A DNA stretch of 62,226 nt from NCBI GenBank assembly GCA_964577655.1, contig CAZNZR010000001.1, positions 1 through 62,226 of the forward strand, read 5' to 3'. This DNA comes from an uncultured Candidatus Saccharibacteria bacterium. Lineage in GTDB: Bacteria > Patescibacteriota > Minisyncoccia > Phycocordibacterales > UBA5272. A model generated the notes under the pieces. It did not search any database, was not told where the DNA came from, and worked only from the letters and a program-made list of their open reading frames with translations. Positions 29,584 to 38,123 of the stretch are shown piece after piece. How positions within the stretch are numbered: position 1 is the stretch's first letter; each line of letters begins with the position of its first letter. The translations under genes and the position numbers were made by a program.

Positions 29584-30624
29584 CTACTTAATAGAATATT
29601 TGCCGTCTTTATCTTTTTTAAAATACTTTGGATCTTGAAGATTAATTATAACAGTATTTGCTTTGACAAGTCTTTTTGCTAATACCTTTTCTACTATATC
29701 TGTCTTAGACATAGGCTTGCTATTTTCTTTTAAGATTTGAGTTATAACATCTCTTACAACTCCTGCTGCATGACCCCACTCTTTTAATCCATACATACCT
29801 CGTCCGACAAGGACAAATCTTTTATCTTTAATTAATTCATTGTGACATGTCGCTATATTTGTCTTTTTCTTAAATACTTTAGTGATTTCATTTGCAACAT
29901 CTTTAAAGTGCATAGGCTTACCGTTCTTTCTGACCACAAGATAAGCATAATCTTTGACTCCTCTTGCTTTTATATGAGGAGAGGTAACTTTACCCCATTC
30001 TCCAAGATCATTCTTATCAACCATCTTTGATATAGATAGATATCTGTGAATTATGTCTTTATTATTTTTGTATTCATCAACGAGCTGATCTAGATTTGAT
30101 ACAAATTTTTCTAAAATAACTTCTTCTTGCAAAAGTTCATCATCCCCTATTGATGAATGTAAAGTATTTAGTGAATCTCTTATATGGTCCGAAAGAAGAT
30201 CGTCAATACTCCAGTGAGAATGAAAATCATCCGATTCTTTTATTTTAGTGAAATGTCCTCCTATTACAAGATAAAGATTAATATGATTTTGAATTACCTT
30301 ATCTTTTGAAATGTGATTCATTAAAGTGTCCTCATGAACTACAGAGCCTAGTCTTTGCATTATGTCTTTTAGTTCATCAAAAACAAAAGTGCTCTCTCTG
30401 TATTCAGGAGATTTTTTTATGGTAGCAAGAGCAAAATTTTCAATCTGTCGTACTCTTTCGCGAGTAATATCATAATTTTTTCCTATAGCCTCGAGAGTCA
30501 TTCTCTTTTCGCTCTCAAGACCATAGCGATTCGTAACTATATCTCTCATTCTAGGATTTAAAGAAGAAAGAAGCTTCTTTGAAATCTGCTTTGGCTTAAA
30601 TGATATTGTTGATATTTCCGTCAT
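29584..30624 (-). CDS. DNA-binding protein: sigma-70 region-4-like HTH plus HARE-HTH/winged-helix domains
   Basis: 'MTLEAIGKNYDITRERVRQIENFAL' is region 4.2-like. 'KPMHFKDVANEI...FVLVGRGMYGLKEWG' is the HARE-HTH pattern seen in RpoE delta. A further C-terminal wHTH-like 'MSKTDIVEKVLAKR'. No sigma region 2. Confidence 0.6.
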   Translation of the reverse strand: MTEISTISFKPKQISKKLLSSLNPRMRDIVTNRYGLESEKRMTLEAIGKNYDITRERVRQIENFALATIKKSPEYRESTFVFDELKDIMQRLGSVVHEDTLMNHISKDKVIQNHINLYLVIGGHFTKIKESDDFHSHWSIDDLLSDHIRDSLNTLHSSIGDDELLQEEVILEKFVSNLDQLVDEYKNNKDIIHRYLSISKMVDKNDLGEWGKVTSPHIKARGVKDYAYLVVRKNGKPMHFKDVANEITKVFKKKTNIATCHNELIKDKRFVLVGRGMYGLKEWGHAAGVVRDVITQILKENSKPMSKTDIVEKVLAKRLVKANTVIINLQDPKYFKKDKDGKYSIK

Positions 30625-30726
30625 ATATTTATAATTAAATAATTAATAAAAGCTCACTAAACTTATTTTCTTTATAACTCTATACTACTACAACTTGACA
30701 AAAAAGTCAAAATCGATAATCCCCAG

Positions 30727-33700
30727 CTAAATAACTATATTTATCAGCCTATTTTTGACGATTATAATTTTCTTAATTTGCGCTTCACTAGTAATATATT
30801 TTTGATACACTTCTGTACTTTTTACCGATTCTTCCACTTCTTCATCACTACTATCTGGCTTTATAATAAAAGTCCCTCTCATTTTTCCTGAAATCTGTAT
30901 ACTCATCTCTATCTCTTCTTTTTTAATTTTTGATACATCTACTTCTGGCCATTCTGATAAATGAACAGAGATTTTATTCTCTAAAATATTTTGATATATC
31001 TCTTCAGAGATATGCACTGCAAATGGAGAAAGTATCTGGATAAATTTAGTGAAAGTATTTTTAGATATACTATTACCCTTCTTGATCTCTTCTTCAAAAG
31101 TATTGAGGCAGATCATAAGCTGAGCTATAGCAGTATTGAATCCGAATTTTTCTATATCTTCACCGACTTTTTTGATAGTCTCATTTATGATCCTTTCTGT
31201 TTCTTTACTGTCTTCTACCTCTTCATTTAAATTTATTTTTTCTGCGAGACTGTAAACTCGTTCTAAAAATCTAGATACTCCTGCCATGCTATTTGTATTC
31301 CAAGCAATAGACTTTTCAAATGGACCCATGAACATCTCATAAGTTCTCATCGCATCACATCCATATTCTTTTATCACATCATCTGGATTTACTACATTAC
31401 CATATCTTTTGCTCATCTTCTTACCATCTTCGGCCATGATTAATCCTACAGTTTGTAATTTAGAAAATGGTTCATCGTAATTTACGAGTCCTTTATCAAA
31501 TAAAAATTTATGCCAAAATCTAGCGTATATCAGATGACGAGTAGCATGCTCTGCACCTCCTACATAAAAGTCTACAGGACTCCACTCCTTTTCTAATTCT
31601 TTATTTACAAATTTTTCATCATTCTTTGGATCAATATATCTGAGGTAATACCAAGAGCTTCCCGCCCATTGCGGCATAGTATTTGTCTCTCTAAAGAATT
31701 TTTTGATTTCTAAATTCTTATTCTTTTTAGCTAAAACATTTATCCATTTATTATTTTCTAAATAAGTAATCTTCTCTATTTCAAATCCAAATTTTTCTAG
31801 AATATTTTTTAATTCATTTTCATTGTAAAATGAAAAGAATCTATATCCCCCTTTTCTTTCCTCTTCCAGTTCACCTTCTCCATTTTTTAGTCTTAGATAT
31901 AGATAGCCATTATCATTTAAAGCTAAATTAATTTTAGTTATAATTTTTTCGAAATTATATCTTTCAGAATGTAATAATGATGCCATAGATAAGACTCCAT
32001 CATATTTTTCATTATGAAAATCGTCTAATAGCGGATCAATTTTTATAAATTCAAGACCTTTATCTATATTTATTTTAGAAAATGAATCTACAATATCTGA
32101 AGCAATAATATCAACTCCTTCATTTTTAAGATAACTAGCATCTCTACCGGAAGCAGAACCAATCTCTAAAACTTTTTTTCCTTTTAATTTTTCCACAATA
32201 AAATCAGATTCCTCTTTCCATTCTCCAGATACTTCTTGTACTGTTTCTGAAATATATGTCTCAAAATTTTCCTTATATGTATTTATAGTTTTTAATTCTC
32301 TCTCAGAATGAGCTCCAGATATACTTTCAAATTCTCCTTCATTATTTATAAATCCATAAACTTCTACCCAATCTTTTATATTTGAAAGTGGAGACTCTCC
32401 ATTATCCGTCGGCTCATAATTTTCTACATTTGGAAGAATTACAGGTAAATCTTTATCAGCTACCGCATAACTTTTCCTGTTCTCATCAAACACAATAGGA
32501 AATGGTTCTCCCCAATATCTCTGCCGCGCAAATACCCAATCTTTCAATTTATATTTTGAAACTTCTTTACCATCAACATGACCAACTATTTCGGGTATAG
32601 CGTCTTCTGATAATAATCCATTAACCCATGAGGCAGAATTATAAACTTTTCCATATCCTGTATATATTTTATCTATAGGTTCACCTATTGGTCTTTCTAT
32701 TACATCCCTAATCTCCAAATTATATTTCTTCGCGAATTCATAATCTCTCTCATCGTGAGCTGGTACAGCCATGATTGCGCCAGTACCATAGTCACTCAAA
32801 ATATAATTCGCAATATAAATTGGAACTTCTTCTCCATTCGCAGGATTGATAGCTTTAATACCTGTATCAATTCCTTCTTTTTCTAATTTAGACATGTCAA
32901 AGTCTATCGTCCTCTCTTTTTCTTCTTGCTCTAGCTTTATTATAAATTTCTTTATATCATCACTCGCATCCCAGCCATTCTCTATCCACTCTTTTGCGAG
33001 ATTGTAGGATATAGCCATAAATGTACAACCAAACAAAGTGTCAGCACGAGTTGTAAAGACTTTTAAAAATAAAGGCTGAAATCTATAAACATAAACAATA
33101 GATTCATTTGTAACATAATCTCCGTAATATTTTTTATATCTTTCCAATCTTTCTTCTATAGAATTATCTTTTTCATGTCCAGGATAATCTAAGGGTAATT
33201 CTCCTAATTTAAATTCTGAGATTTCTATTATTCTAGCTTTAGTAAATTCTTTTTGGTTTTCCTGCTTTCCATCTGCCCAATCGATTAGACTTACAACGTC
33301 CCCGACAATGATATTCTTTTTTTCTCCAATTCTAAAAGTGACATTCTTTTTTCCTTCTTTAATTAAAGAAACTAATTCTGGTCTAAATTTAAATGATTCT
33401 AAATTAATACTTCCTTCAACTTTAATCTGAAAATCTATTTCACTTCCTTCACTTTTTCCAATCCAATTTCTCTGAAGCTCTTTAATATGTGACTCCCAAT
33501 TAAGTTTATCAAGATCAGCTAAAAGTCTATCAGCATAATCTGTGATACGAATAGTCCATTGTCTTAATTTTTTCTTTTCTACAATTGTACCGCAACGCTC
33601 ACAAGTATTACCATCAAGATCTTCGTTCGCAAGTCCAGTCTTGCAAGTAGGACACCAATTAATAGGATCAAATGATTCATAGGCTAGCCCATCTTTATAC

Positions 33701-34146
33701 ATCTGCTTCCACATCCATTGTGTCCATTTATAATATTTTGGATCAGTAGTATTTATTTCACGATCCCAATCATAATTAAGCCCGAGCATCTCTATTTGCT
33801 CTTTATATCTTGCTACATTTTTACTTGTAGCGATATTAGGATTAATTTTATTTTTTATAGCAAATTGCTCTGCAGGAAGTCCAAATGCGTCCCAGCCCAT
33901 AGGGTGAAGTACATTGTATCCTTGCATCTTTTTCATTCTAGAGTATACATCTGTAGCAATATATCCTTTTGGATGACCAACGTGAAGTCCTTCACCTGAT
34001 GGATAAGGAAACATATCAAGAATATAAAATTTACCTTTTGTACTAGAAAAGTCATTAGAGGTCTTGTTGGTCCCGTTCTCCTTCCAAAACTTCTGCCACT
34101 TTTTTTCTATTTCGCTATAGTCTAATTTTGAATTTAATTTGGTCAT
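30727..34146 (-). CDS. leuS: Leucyl-tRNA synthetase carrying two large in-frame insertions (ASCH-like and SAM-methyltransferase-like)
   Basis: HIGH 'HVGHPKGY', KMSKS 'KKMSKRYGN'. Editing motifs 'TTRADTLFG' and 'GTGAIMAVPAHDERDYEFAKKY'. 'RETNTMPQWAGSSWYYLRY'. At 1139 aa it is far longer than the roughly 800-870 aa I recall as typical for bacterial LeuRS. Confidence 0.95.
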   Translation of the reverse strand: MTKLNSKLDYSEIEKKWQKFWKENGTNKTSNDFSSTKGKFYILDMFPYPSGEGLHVGHPKGYIATDVYSRMKKMQGYNVLHPMGWDAFGLPAEQFAIKNKINPNIATSKNVARYKEQIEMLGLNYDWDREINTTDPKYYKWTQWMWKQMYKDGLAYESFDPINWCPTCKTGLANEDLDGNTCERCGTIVEKKKLRQWTIRITDYADRLLADLDKLNWESHIKELQRNWIGKSEGSEIDFQIKVEGSINLESFKFRPELVSLIKEGKKNVTFRIGEKKNIIVGDVVSLIDWADGKQENQKEFTKARIIEISEFKLGELPLDYPGHEKDNSIEERLERYKKYYGDYVTNESIVYVYRFQPLFLKVFTTRADTLFGCTFMAISYNLAKEWIENGWDASDDIKKFIIKLEQEEKERTIDFDMSKLEKEGIDTGIKAINPANGEEVPIYIANYILSDYGTGAIMAVPAHDERDYEFAKKYNLEIRDVIERPIGEPIDKIYTGYGKVYNSASWVNGLLSEDAIPEIVGHVDGKEVSKYKLKDWVFARQRYWGEPFPIVFDENRKSYAVADKDLPVILPNVENYEPTDNGESPLSNIKDWVEVYGFINNEGEFESISGAHSERELKTINTYKENFETYISETVQEVSGEWKEESDFIVEKLKGKKVLEIGSASGRDASYLKNEGVDIIASDIVDSFSKINIDKGLEFIKIDPLLDDFHNEKYDGVLSMASLLHSERYNFEKIITKINLALNDNGYLYLRLKNGEGELEEERKGGYRFFSFYNENELKNILEKFGFEIEKITYLENNKWINVLAKKNKNLEIKKFFRETNTMPQWAGSSWYYLRYIDPKNDEKFVNKELEKEWSPVDFYVGGAEHATRHLIYARFWHKFLFDKGLVNYDEPFSKLQTVGLIMAEDGKKMSKRYGNVVNPDDVIKEYGCDAMRTYEMFMGPFEKSIAWNTNSMAGVSRFLERVYSLAEKINLNEEVEDSKETERIINETIKKVGEDIEKFGFNTAIAQLMICLNTFEEEIKKGNSISKNTFTKFIQILSPFAVHISEEIYQNILENKISVHLSEWPEVDVSKIKKEEIEMSIQISGKMRGTFIIKPDSSDEEVEESVKSTEVYQKYITSEAQIKKIIIVKNRLINIVI

Positions 34147-34222
34147 AATGATCTAATATTACTACTTATAATATAGATATAATATATCAAAAATAAATAG
34201 AAAATACATATTAAATGTGTAT

Positions 34223-34251
34223 TTGACAAAATATATTAATTATAATAATAT
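34223..34251 (+). promoter_or_regulatory. Candidate promoter for ORF 34282 (TTGACA-N17-TAATAT)
   Basis: TTGACA at 34223-34228 and TAATAT at 34246-34251, in the divergent leuS/34282 spacer. Confidence 0.35.
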
Positions 34252-34281
34252 ATAGATATTGTTCACTTAAAATAAACAAAA

Positions 34282-34932
34282 ATGGAAATCTATCTTGGTG
34301 CCAGTATGGCAATCCTTGCAGAAATCATAGGGCTAGGCCCTGCTGAAAACGAAAAGTTTGCTGCTTATCTAGGTTTTGTAAAAAGAGAAAATTATCTGCC
34401 ACCTTTAGTTGTACAAACGGAATGTGGTGAGGTATTTGTTTGCGAATTTAATTCTGGAGAATTCCAGGATTCTCCAGACGGTGTTAAATTTGAAAAGAGC
34501 TACATTACACCTCAAGATTTTCAAAAAACTAACATGGAATATCTATTGGGGCGTTTATTGAAAGATAAAAAACAAATACATTTCAACTTAGGAGAATCTT
34601 GGGATGAGGAAAGATTTTTTTCGTGGAGATCAGAGGTGCCGGATTACATTAATTCCTTATCAAAGGATATTTTATCTACAGCAATAACACTAACGGACGG
34701 ATATGAAATAGCTAGGCGAATGGAATTACTTTACGAATTAGAGTTATTTGAAAGAATCTACAGAAATACAAAAGAAGATGAGATTTATGCGGATTGGAAA
34801 TCAGGGAGAAAAGATTCTTTGGAAATCATTTACAAGCAAATACCCTGGCTATATCAAAAAGAAATCGACAAAAATAAAAATGTTGGGTTCTCAAATAAAA
34901 AGCCGAGTTTAGATTTCTATGATAAAAGTTAG
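34282..34932 (+). CDS. Hypothetical cytoplasmic protein (216 aa), monocistronic
   Basis: Intact ORF between a candidate promoter and a clean terminator. I recognise no motif. Confidence 0.55.
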   Translation: MEIYLGASMAILAEIIGLGPAENEKFAAYLGFVKRENYLPPLVVQTECGEVFVCEFNSGEFQDSPDGVKFEKSYITPQDFQKTNMEYLLGRLLKDKKQIHFNLGESWDEERFFSWRSEVPDYINSLSKDILSTAITLTDGYEIARRMELLYELELFERIYRNTKEDEIYADWKSGRKDSLEIIYKQIPWLYQKEIDKNKNVGFSNKKPSLDFYDKS

Positions 34933-34950
34933 TTTATTCTGTCGACATTA

Positions 34951-34976
34951 AAAGATTGGTTCATCCAATCTTTTTT
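34951..34976 (+). terminator. Intrinsic terminator
   Basis: AAAGATTGG-ttcat-CCAATCTTTTTT. Confidence 0.7.
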
Positions 34977-35038
34977 ATTTTAATCTTTTCATGCTAAAAT
35001 GAATTTGAAATTTATTCTCTCCTTTATATTTTAATATT

Positions 35039-35419
35039 ATGAAAAATAAACTAGAAAAGTTTGCTTTAAAAATTATAAAGAACATAGGTTCTGTTTGGTC
35101 TATTGTTATTCATACTGTAATATTTCTATTTTTTATAATTCTAATATTACTGGGATACAATGCAGAAAAGGTGATGCTTATACTCACTACGATAGTCTCA
35201 CTAGAAGCTATATATTTATCTCTTTTTATTCAGATGACTGTAAATAAACACTCAGAACACATAGAAGATATCAGTGAAGATATTGATGATATTCAGGAAG
35301 ATATTGAAGAGATCAGTGAAGATGTGGATGATATTCAAGAAGATATCGATGAGATGCAAGAAGATATTGAAGAATTAAGTGAAGAAGAGGTAGAGACAAA
35401 CAAAAAAGCCAGTGACTAG
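35039..35419 (+). CDS. Small 2-TM membrane protein (DUF1003 / low-affinity iron-permease-like core) with an acidic repeat tail
   Basis: 'IGSVWSIVIHTVIFLFFII' and 'LTTIVSLEAIYLSLFIQMTVNKH' resemble the DUF1003 core. The C-terminus is three 14-aa E/D-rich repeats. Confidence 0.6.
   Translation: MKNKLEKFALKIIKNIGSVWSIVIHTVIFLFFIILILLGYNAEKVMLILTTIVSLEAIYLSLFIQMTVNKHSEHIEDISEDIDDIQEDIEEISEDVDDIQEDIDEMQEDIEELSEEEVETNKKASD
35264..35389 (+). repeat. 3 x 42-nt imperfect tandem repeat (coding; EDISEDIDDIQEDI / EEISEDVDDIQEDI / DEMQEDIEELSEEE)
   Basis: Units start at 35264, 35306 and 35348. Units 1 and 2 differ at only a few positions. Confidence 0.85.
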
Positions 35420-35480
35420 GTTAAATTTTTTATAAGTCACCAGCTTTTATAAATCTTTCAATCAGCTCGCCCGTCGAGCT

Positions 35481-35500
35481 AAAACAGGTTTCTGTTTTTT
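35481..35500. terminator. Bidirectional terminator, preceded by a GC-rich hairpin (35464-35480)
   Basis: AAAACAG-gttt-CTGTTTTTT. Just upstream is AGCTCG-cccgt-CGAGCT. It serves ORF 35039 (+) and the holin-like gene (-). Confidence 0.5.
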
Positions 35501-35570
35501 AAATACCTCCTTCCAGAATTTTTCTGTCCATAAAGAAAAATTTAATACTACAAACATAGCAAAAATATCT

Positions 35571-35894
35571 TTATAAATCAAATTTAGAAAATACCCAATT
35601 AAATACCGCGAAAACTAATCCAAAAATAGCAGCTTGCCAAAATGATGCAAAAATAAATCCGGGAGTAAGACTACTAACAATCATCAAAAGAATAACATTT
35701 AAAATGAGATGAAATAATCCTAAAGTTAAAAAATTAATCGGCCAAGTAACAAGCTTTAAAATAGGCTTTATTGTCCAATTAATTATAGTCAATATTAAAG
35801 TAAAAATAACTAGAGCTGTCCAGCCTGAATAATAAACTCCAACTACTTTTGCTGATAAAATAACTGCAACGAAACTCAAAATAAAATGTATCAT
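35571..35894 (-). CDS. Phage-holin-4-2 / YvlD (DUF360) family membrane protein
   Basis: Family-typical 'IKPILKLVTWPINFLTLGLFHLILNVILLMIV' and 'GFIFASFWQAAIFGLVF'. The longest ORF runs to 35942, but that start would overlap the dsbA-like promoter, so M17 (35894) is preferred. Confidence 0.7.
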   Translation of the reverse strand: MIHFILSFVAVILSAKVVGVYYSGWTALVIFTLILTIINWTIKPILKLVTWPINFLTLGLFHLILNVILLMIVSSLTPGFIFASFWQAAIFGLVFAVFNWVFSKFDL

Positions 35895-35929
35895 ATATCT
35901 TTTATATATTAATATTACCATAAAAATCA

Positions 35930-35938
35930 TGTTATAAT
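35930..35938 (+). promoter_or_regulatory. Extended -10 element TGtTATAAT upstream of the DsbA-like gene
   Basis: TG at 35930-35931 and TATAAT at 35933-35938, 26 nt before the ATG at 35964. No good -35. Confidence 0.4.
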
Positions 35939-35963
35939 CCATAGATAATTAATCTTAAAATTT

Positions 35964-36743
35964 ATGAAAAACTTTTTTAAAAATCAGATAGCAATAGCTA
36001 TCTTAGGAGGCGCTCTACTTATAGCTTTAGGAATATTAGGCTATGCTCTTCTTAATAATAATTCTAATAGTAAATCAAGTGCTCTAGACTCAATAATGAA
36101 TCAAGATAGAATATTTGCTGGAGCAGAATTTAAAAATAAAGAATATATACTAGGTAACGAGAAAAATGAGATAACAGTCGTAGTATACTCTGATTTTGAA
36201 TGTCCATTTTGTAAAATGCTTCAAGAAAATGTAATAGAAAAGCTTCAGGAAAAATATAAGACCAAAAATGATCTAAGCGAAGGAAAGATAGGTATAGTAT
36301 ATAGACATTTCGCTCAGAGCTATCACGATAAAGCTCCTATTGAAATAAATGCTTCTCTGTGTGCAAGAGAATTATATGGACAAAATGTATATAAGAATTT
36401 TATAAGTAGAATATACAATATAAGTCCTACTAATAATGGTCTGGATCTAGCGCTTTTACCAGAGATAGTAGAATACTCTGTAAATAAAGCAAAAGAAGCT
36501 AAGCAAGAAGTTAGAAAAGATTTTGCGAAAGAAGAATTTATAAATTGCTTTAATAAAATGACTTATAATCAAGAATTTATAGATAACTCAAGTGATGCGA
36601 TCACTGCTGGACTCGAAGGCACTCCTTACAGCTTAATAATCTATAAAGATAGAAATGAAAATATAGTCATTTCTAAAATATCTGGATTAAAAGAAGTCTC
36701 TTACTTTGAAAGGATTATAGATAAATTATTAAAAATTAAATAA
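35964..36743 (+). CDS. Membrane-anchored DsbA-family thiol:disulfide oxidoreductase
   Basis: TM anchor, then a thioredoxin-fold active site 'YSDFECPFCKM' (CPFC). C-terminal 'GLEGTPYSLI' contains the cis-Pro region. Confidence 0.8.
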   Translation: MKNFFKNQIAIAILGGALLIALGILGYALLNNNSNSKSSALDSIMNQDRIFAGAEFKNKEYILGNEKNEITVVVYSDFECPFCKMLQENVIEKLQEKYKTKNDLSEGKIGIVYRHFAQSYHDKAPIEINASLCARELYGQNVYKNFISRIYNISPTNNGLDLALLPEIVEYSVNKAKEAKQEVRKDFAKEEFINCFNKMTYNQEFIDNSSDAITAGLEGTPYSLIIYKDRNENIVISKISGLKEVSYFERIIDKLLKIK

Positions 36744-36745
36744 GA

Positions 36746-37063
36746 CTATATCCCTAGTTGAATTCGTAATTCCTCACTTGGCTCCCATGGCTCACTAAAA
36801 TCGAGCTCTACTTGAGCTTCGCCAAGGTTTAAAGAGTTTACTTTTAATTCTACATCTTCTATTATCTTATCAGCAAAAGGACACATAATACTGGTCAAAG
36901 TCATGATGATTTTAATATATTCATATATCTTGAAATCTTCTAAATATTCCCCTATCTCTATCTTTTTTATAAGTCCTAAGTCTACAATACTTATCCCAAG
37001 CTCTGGATCAGATACGGATTTTAAAGATTCTAAGATTTTTTCTTTAATTTCTTCTTTTTGCAT
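36746..37063 (-). CDS. sufT: DUF59 / MIP18-family Fe-S assembly protein (SufT-like)
   Basis: 'LKSVSDPELGISIVDLGLI' with a conserved Cys in 'TSIMCPFADKI'. It is the last gene of the suf operon. Confidence 0.8.
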   Translation of the reverse strand: MQKEEIKEKILESLKSVSDPELGISIVDLGLIKKIEIGEYLEDFKIYEYIKIIMTLTSIMCPFADKIIEDVELKVNSLNLGEAQVELDFSEPWEPSEELRIQLGI

Positions 37064-37067
37064 AAAA

Positions 37068-37433
37068 TTATTTTACTAATGTTCCTTGATGAAAAATTAT
37101 TTTTAATTTTTCATTATAATTTTTCCAAATAGAGCTTCGTAGTGATGAAACTATAGTTTTATTTTTTACATCTATTTTTTTAACTTTATAAGTCACTAAA
37201 AATATTTCTGATGATAATTCTTTTACTTTTAAATTAAAGGCTTTCCATTCAAAGTATTTTTGTCGAGGTAAATCTTTTAACACTTCTGCTTTAGTAATTG
37301 TAGTTCCATTAGAAGTAAACTCTATAAAATCATCTGATATTAAGTCATTCAATCTTCTTTTATCTTTTCTAACTTTTGGATCTAATAATTCTATTTCTAG
37401 ATCTTTGACTTTTTTAATTAGTTTTTTATTCAT
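37068..37433 (-). CDS. NTF2-like (DUF4440/SnoaL-like) protein embedded in the suf operon
   Basis: Pattern 'LNDLISDDFIEFTSNGTTITKAEVL...' and terminal 'KIIFHQGT' are typical of the DUF4440 cone fold. Its ATG overlaps the sufC stop by 8 nt. Confidence 0.55.
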   Translation of the reverse strand: MNKKLIKKVKDLEIELLDPKVRKDKRRLNDLISDDFIEFTSNGTTITKAEVLKDLPRQKYFEWKAFNLKVKELSSEIFLVTYKVKKIDVKNKTIVSSLRSSIWKNYNEKLKIIFHQGTLVK

Positions 37434-38121
37434 ATTTTTTATTCAAAATCAACTTTCCTTCTTTCATCTCGTATACTCTATCGAGAGTTATGAGATCTTC
37501 TAAATTTTCTCTATGAGATACAATACAAAATCCAGTACCCTCTTTTTTGAAATCATTTATGATTTTGAATACTTTTTGTATAGCAGTCTTGTCTACTCCA
37601 CTATCTATCTCATCCATGAATACAAAGTTAGGCTTTAGAGCAAAAAGATGGAGCATTTCAGCTTGCTTTTTCTCACCACCAGAAAATCCAACATTAAGAT
37701 CTCTCTTTAAAAATTCTTTACTGATCTCATATTTTTCACAAAAATTTTCTAACTCTTTATTAAATTCTAACACCGATAGATTATTCTTCTCAGATATATT
37801 TTTATAGCTTCTGTATAGAAATTGTAAAAGATTTACACCTTCTATTTCTGGCACATGCTGAAGTGATAAATAAAGTCCAGATTTTGCAATTTCAAAAGTT
37901 TTTAAATTTGAAAGATCTTTTTGATCTAAAAATATTTGTCCACTTTCTATCTCATAATTAGGATGCTTAAAAATAGCAGCCAAAAGAGAGGATTTTCCTG
38001 ACCCATTCTTTCCTGTTAAAGCAATAGCTTCTCCACTAGAGACCTCAAAACTAGCTCCAGAGATTATCTCTTTCTCACTATCTATTATTTTTACTTTTAA
38101 ATCTTTAATTTCTAATTTCAT
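37426..38121 (-). CDS. sufC: Fe-S cluster assembly ATPase SufC
   Basis: Walker A 'GKNGSGKSSL', signature 'FSGGEKKQAEMLHL', Walker B 'FVFMDEIDSGVD', H-loop 'IVSHR'. Confidence 0.9.
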   Translation of the reverse strand: MKLEIKDLKVKIIDSEKEIISGASFEVSSGEAIALTGKNGSGKSSLLAAIFKHPNYEIESGQIFLDQKDLSNLKTFEIAKSGLYLSLQHVPEIEGVNLLQFLYRSYKNISEKNNLSVLEFNKELENFCEKYEISKEFLKRDLNVGFSGGEKKQAEMLHLFALKPNFVFMDEIDSGVDKTAIQKVFKIINDFKKEGTGFCIVSHRENLEDLITLDRVYEMKEGKLILNKKYE

Positions 38122-38123
38122 AT

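Noticed and set aside
31702-33417. The LeuRS insertions considered as inteins, as a mobile-element insertion, or as separate genes
   Set aside because: There are no intein splice-junction residues (N-terminal Cys/Ser with C-terminal His-Asn followed by Cys/Ser/Thr) and no endonuclease motifs. No internal start/stop or frameshift is present. Both inserts sit in surface loops between colinear LeuRS blocks, so they read as fused domains.
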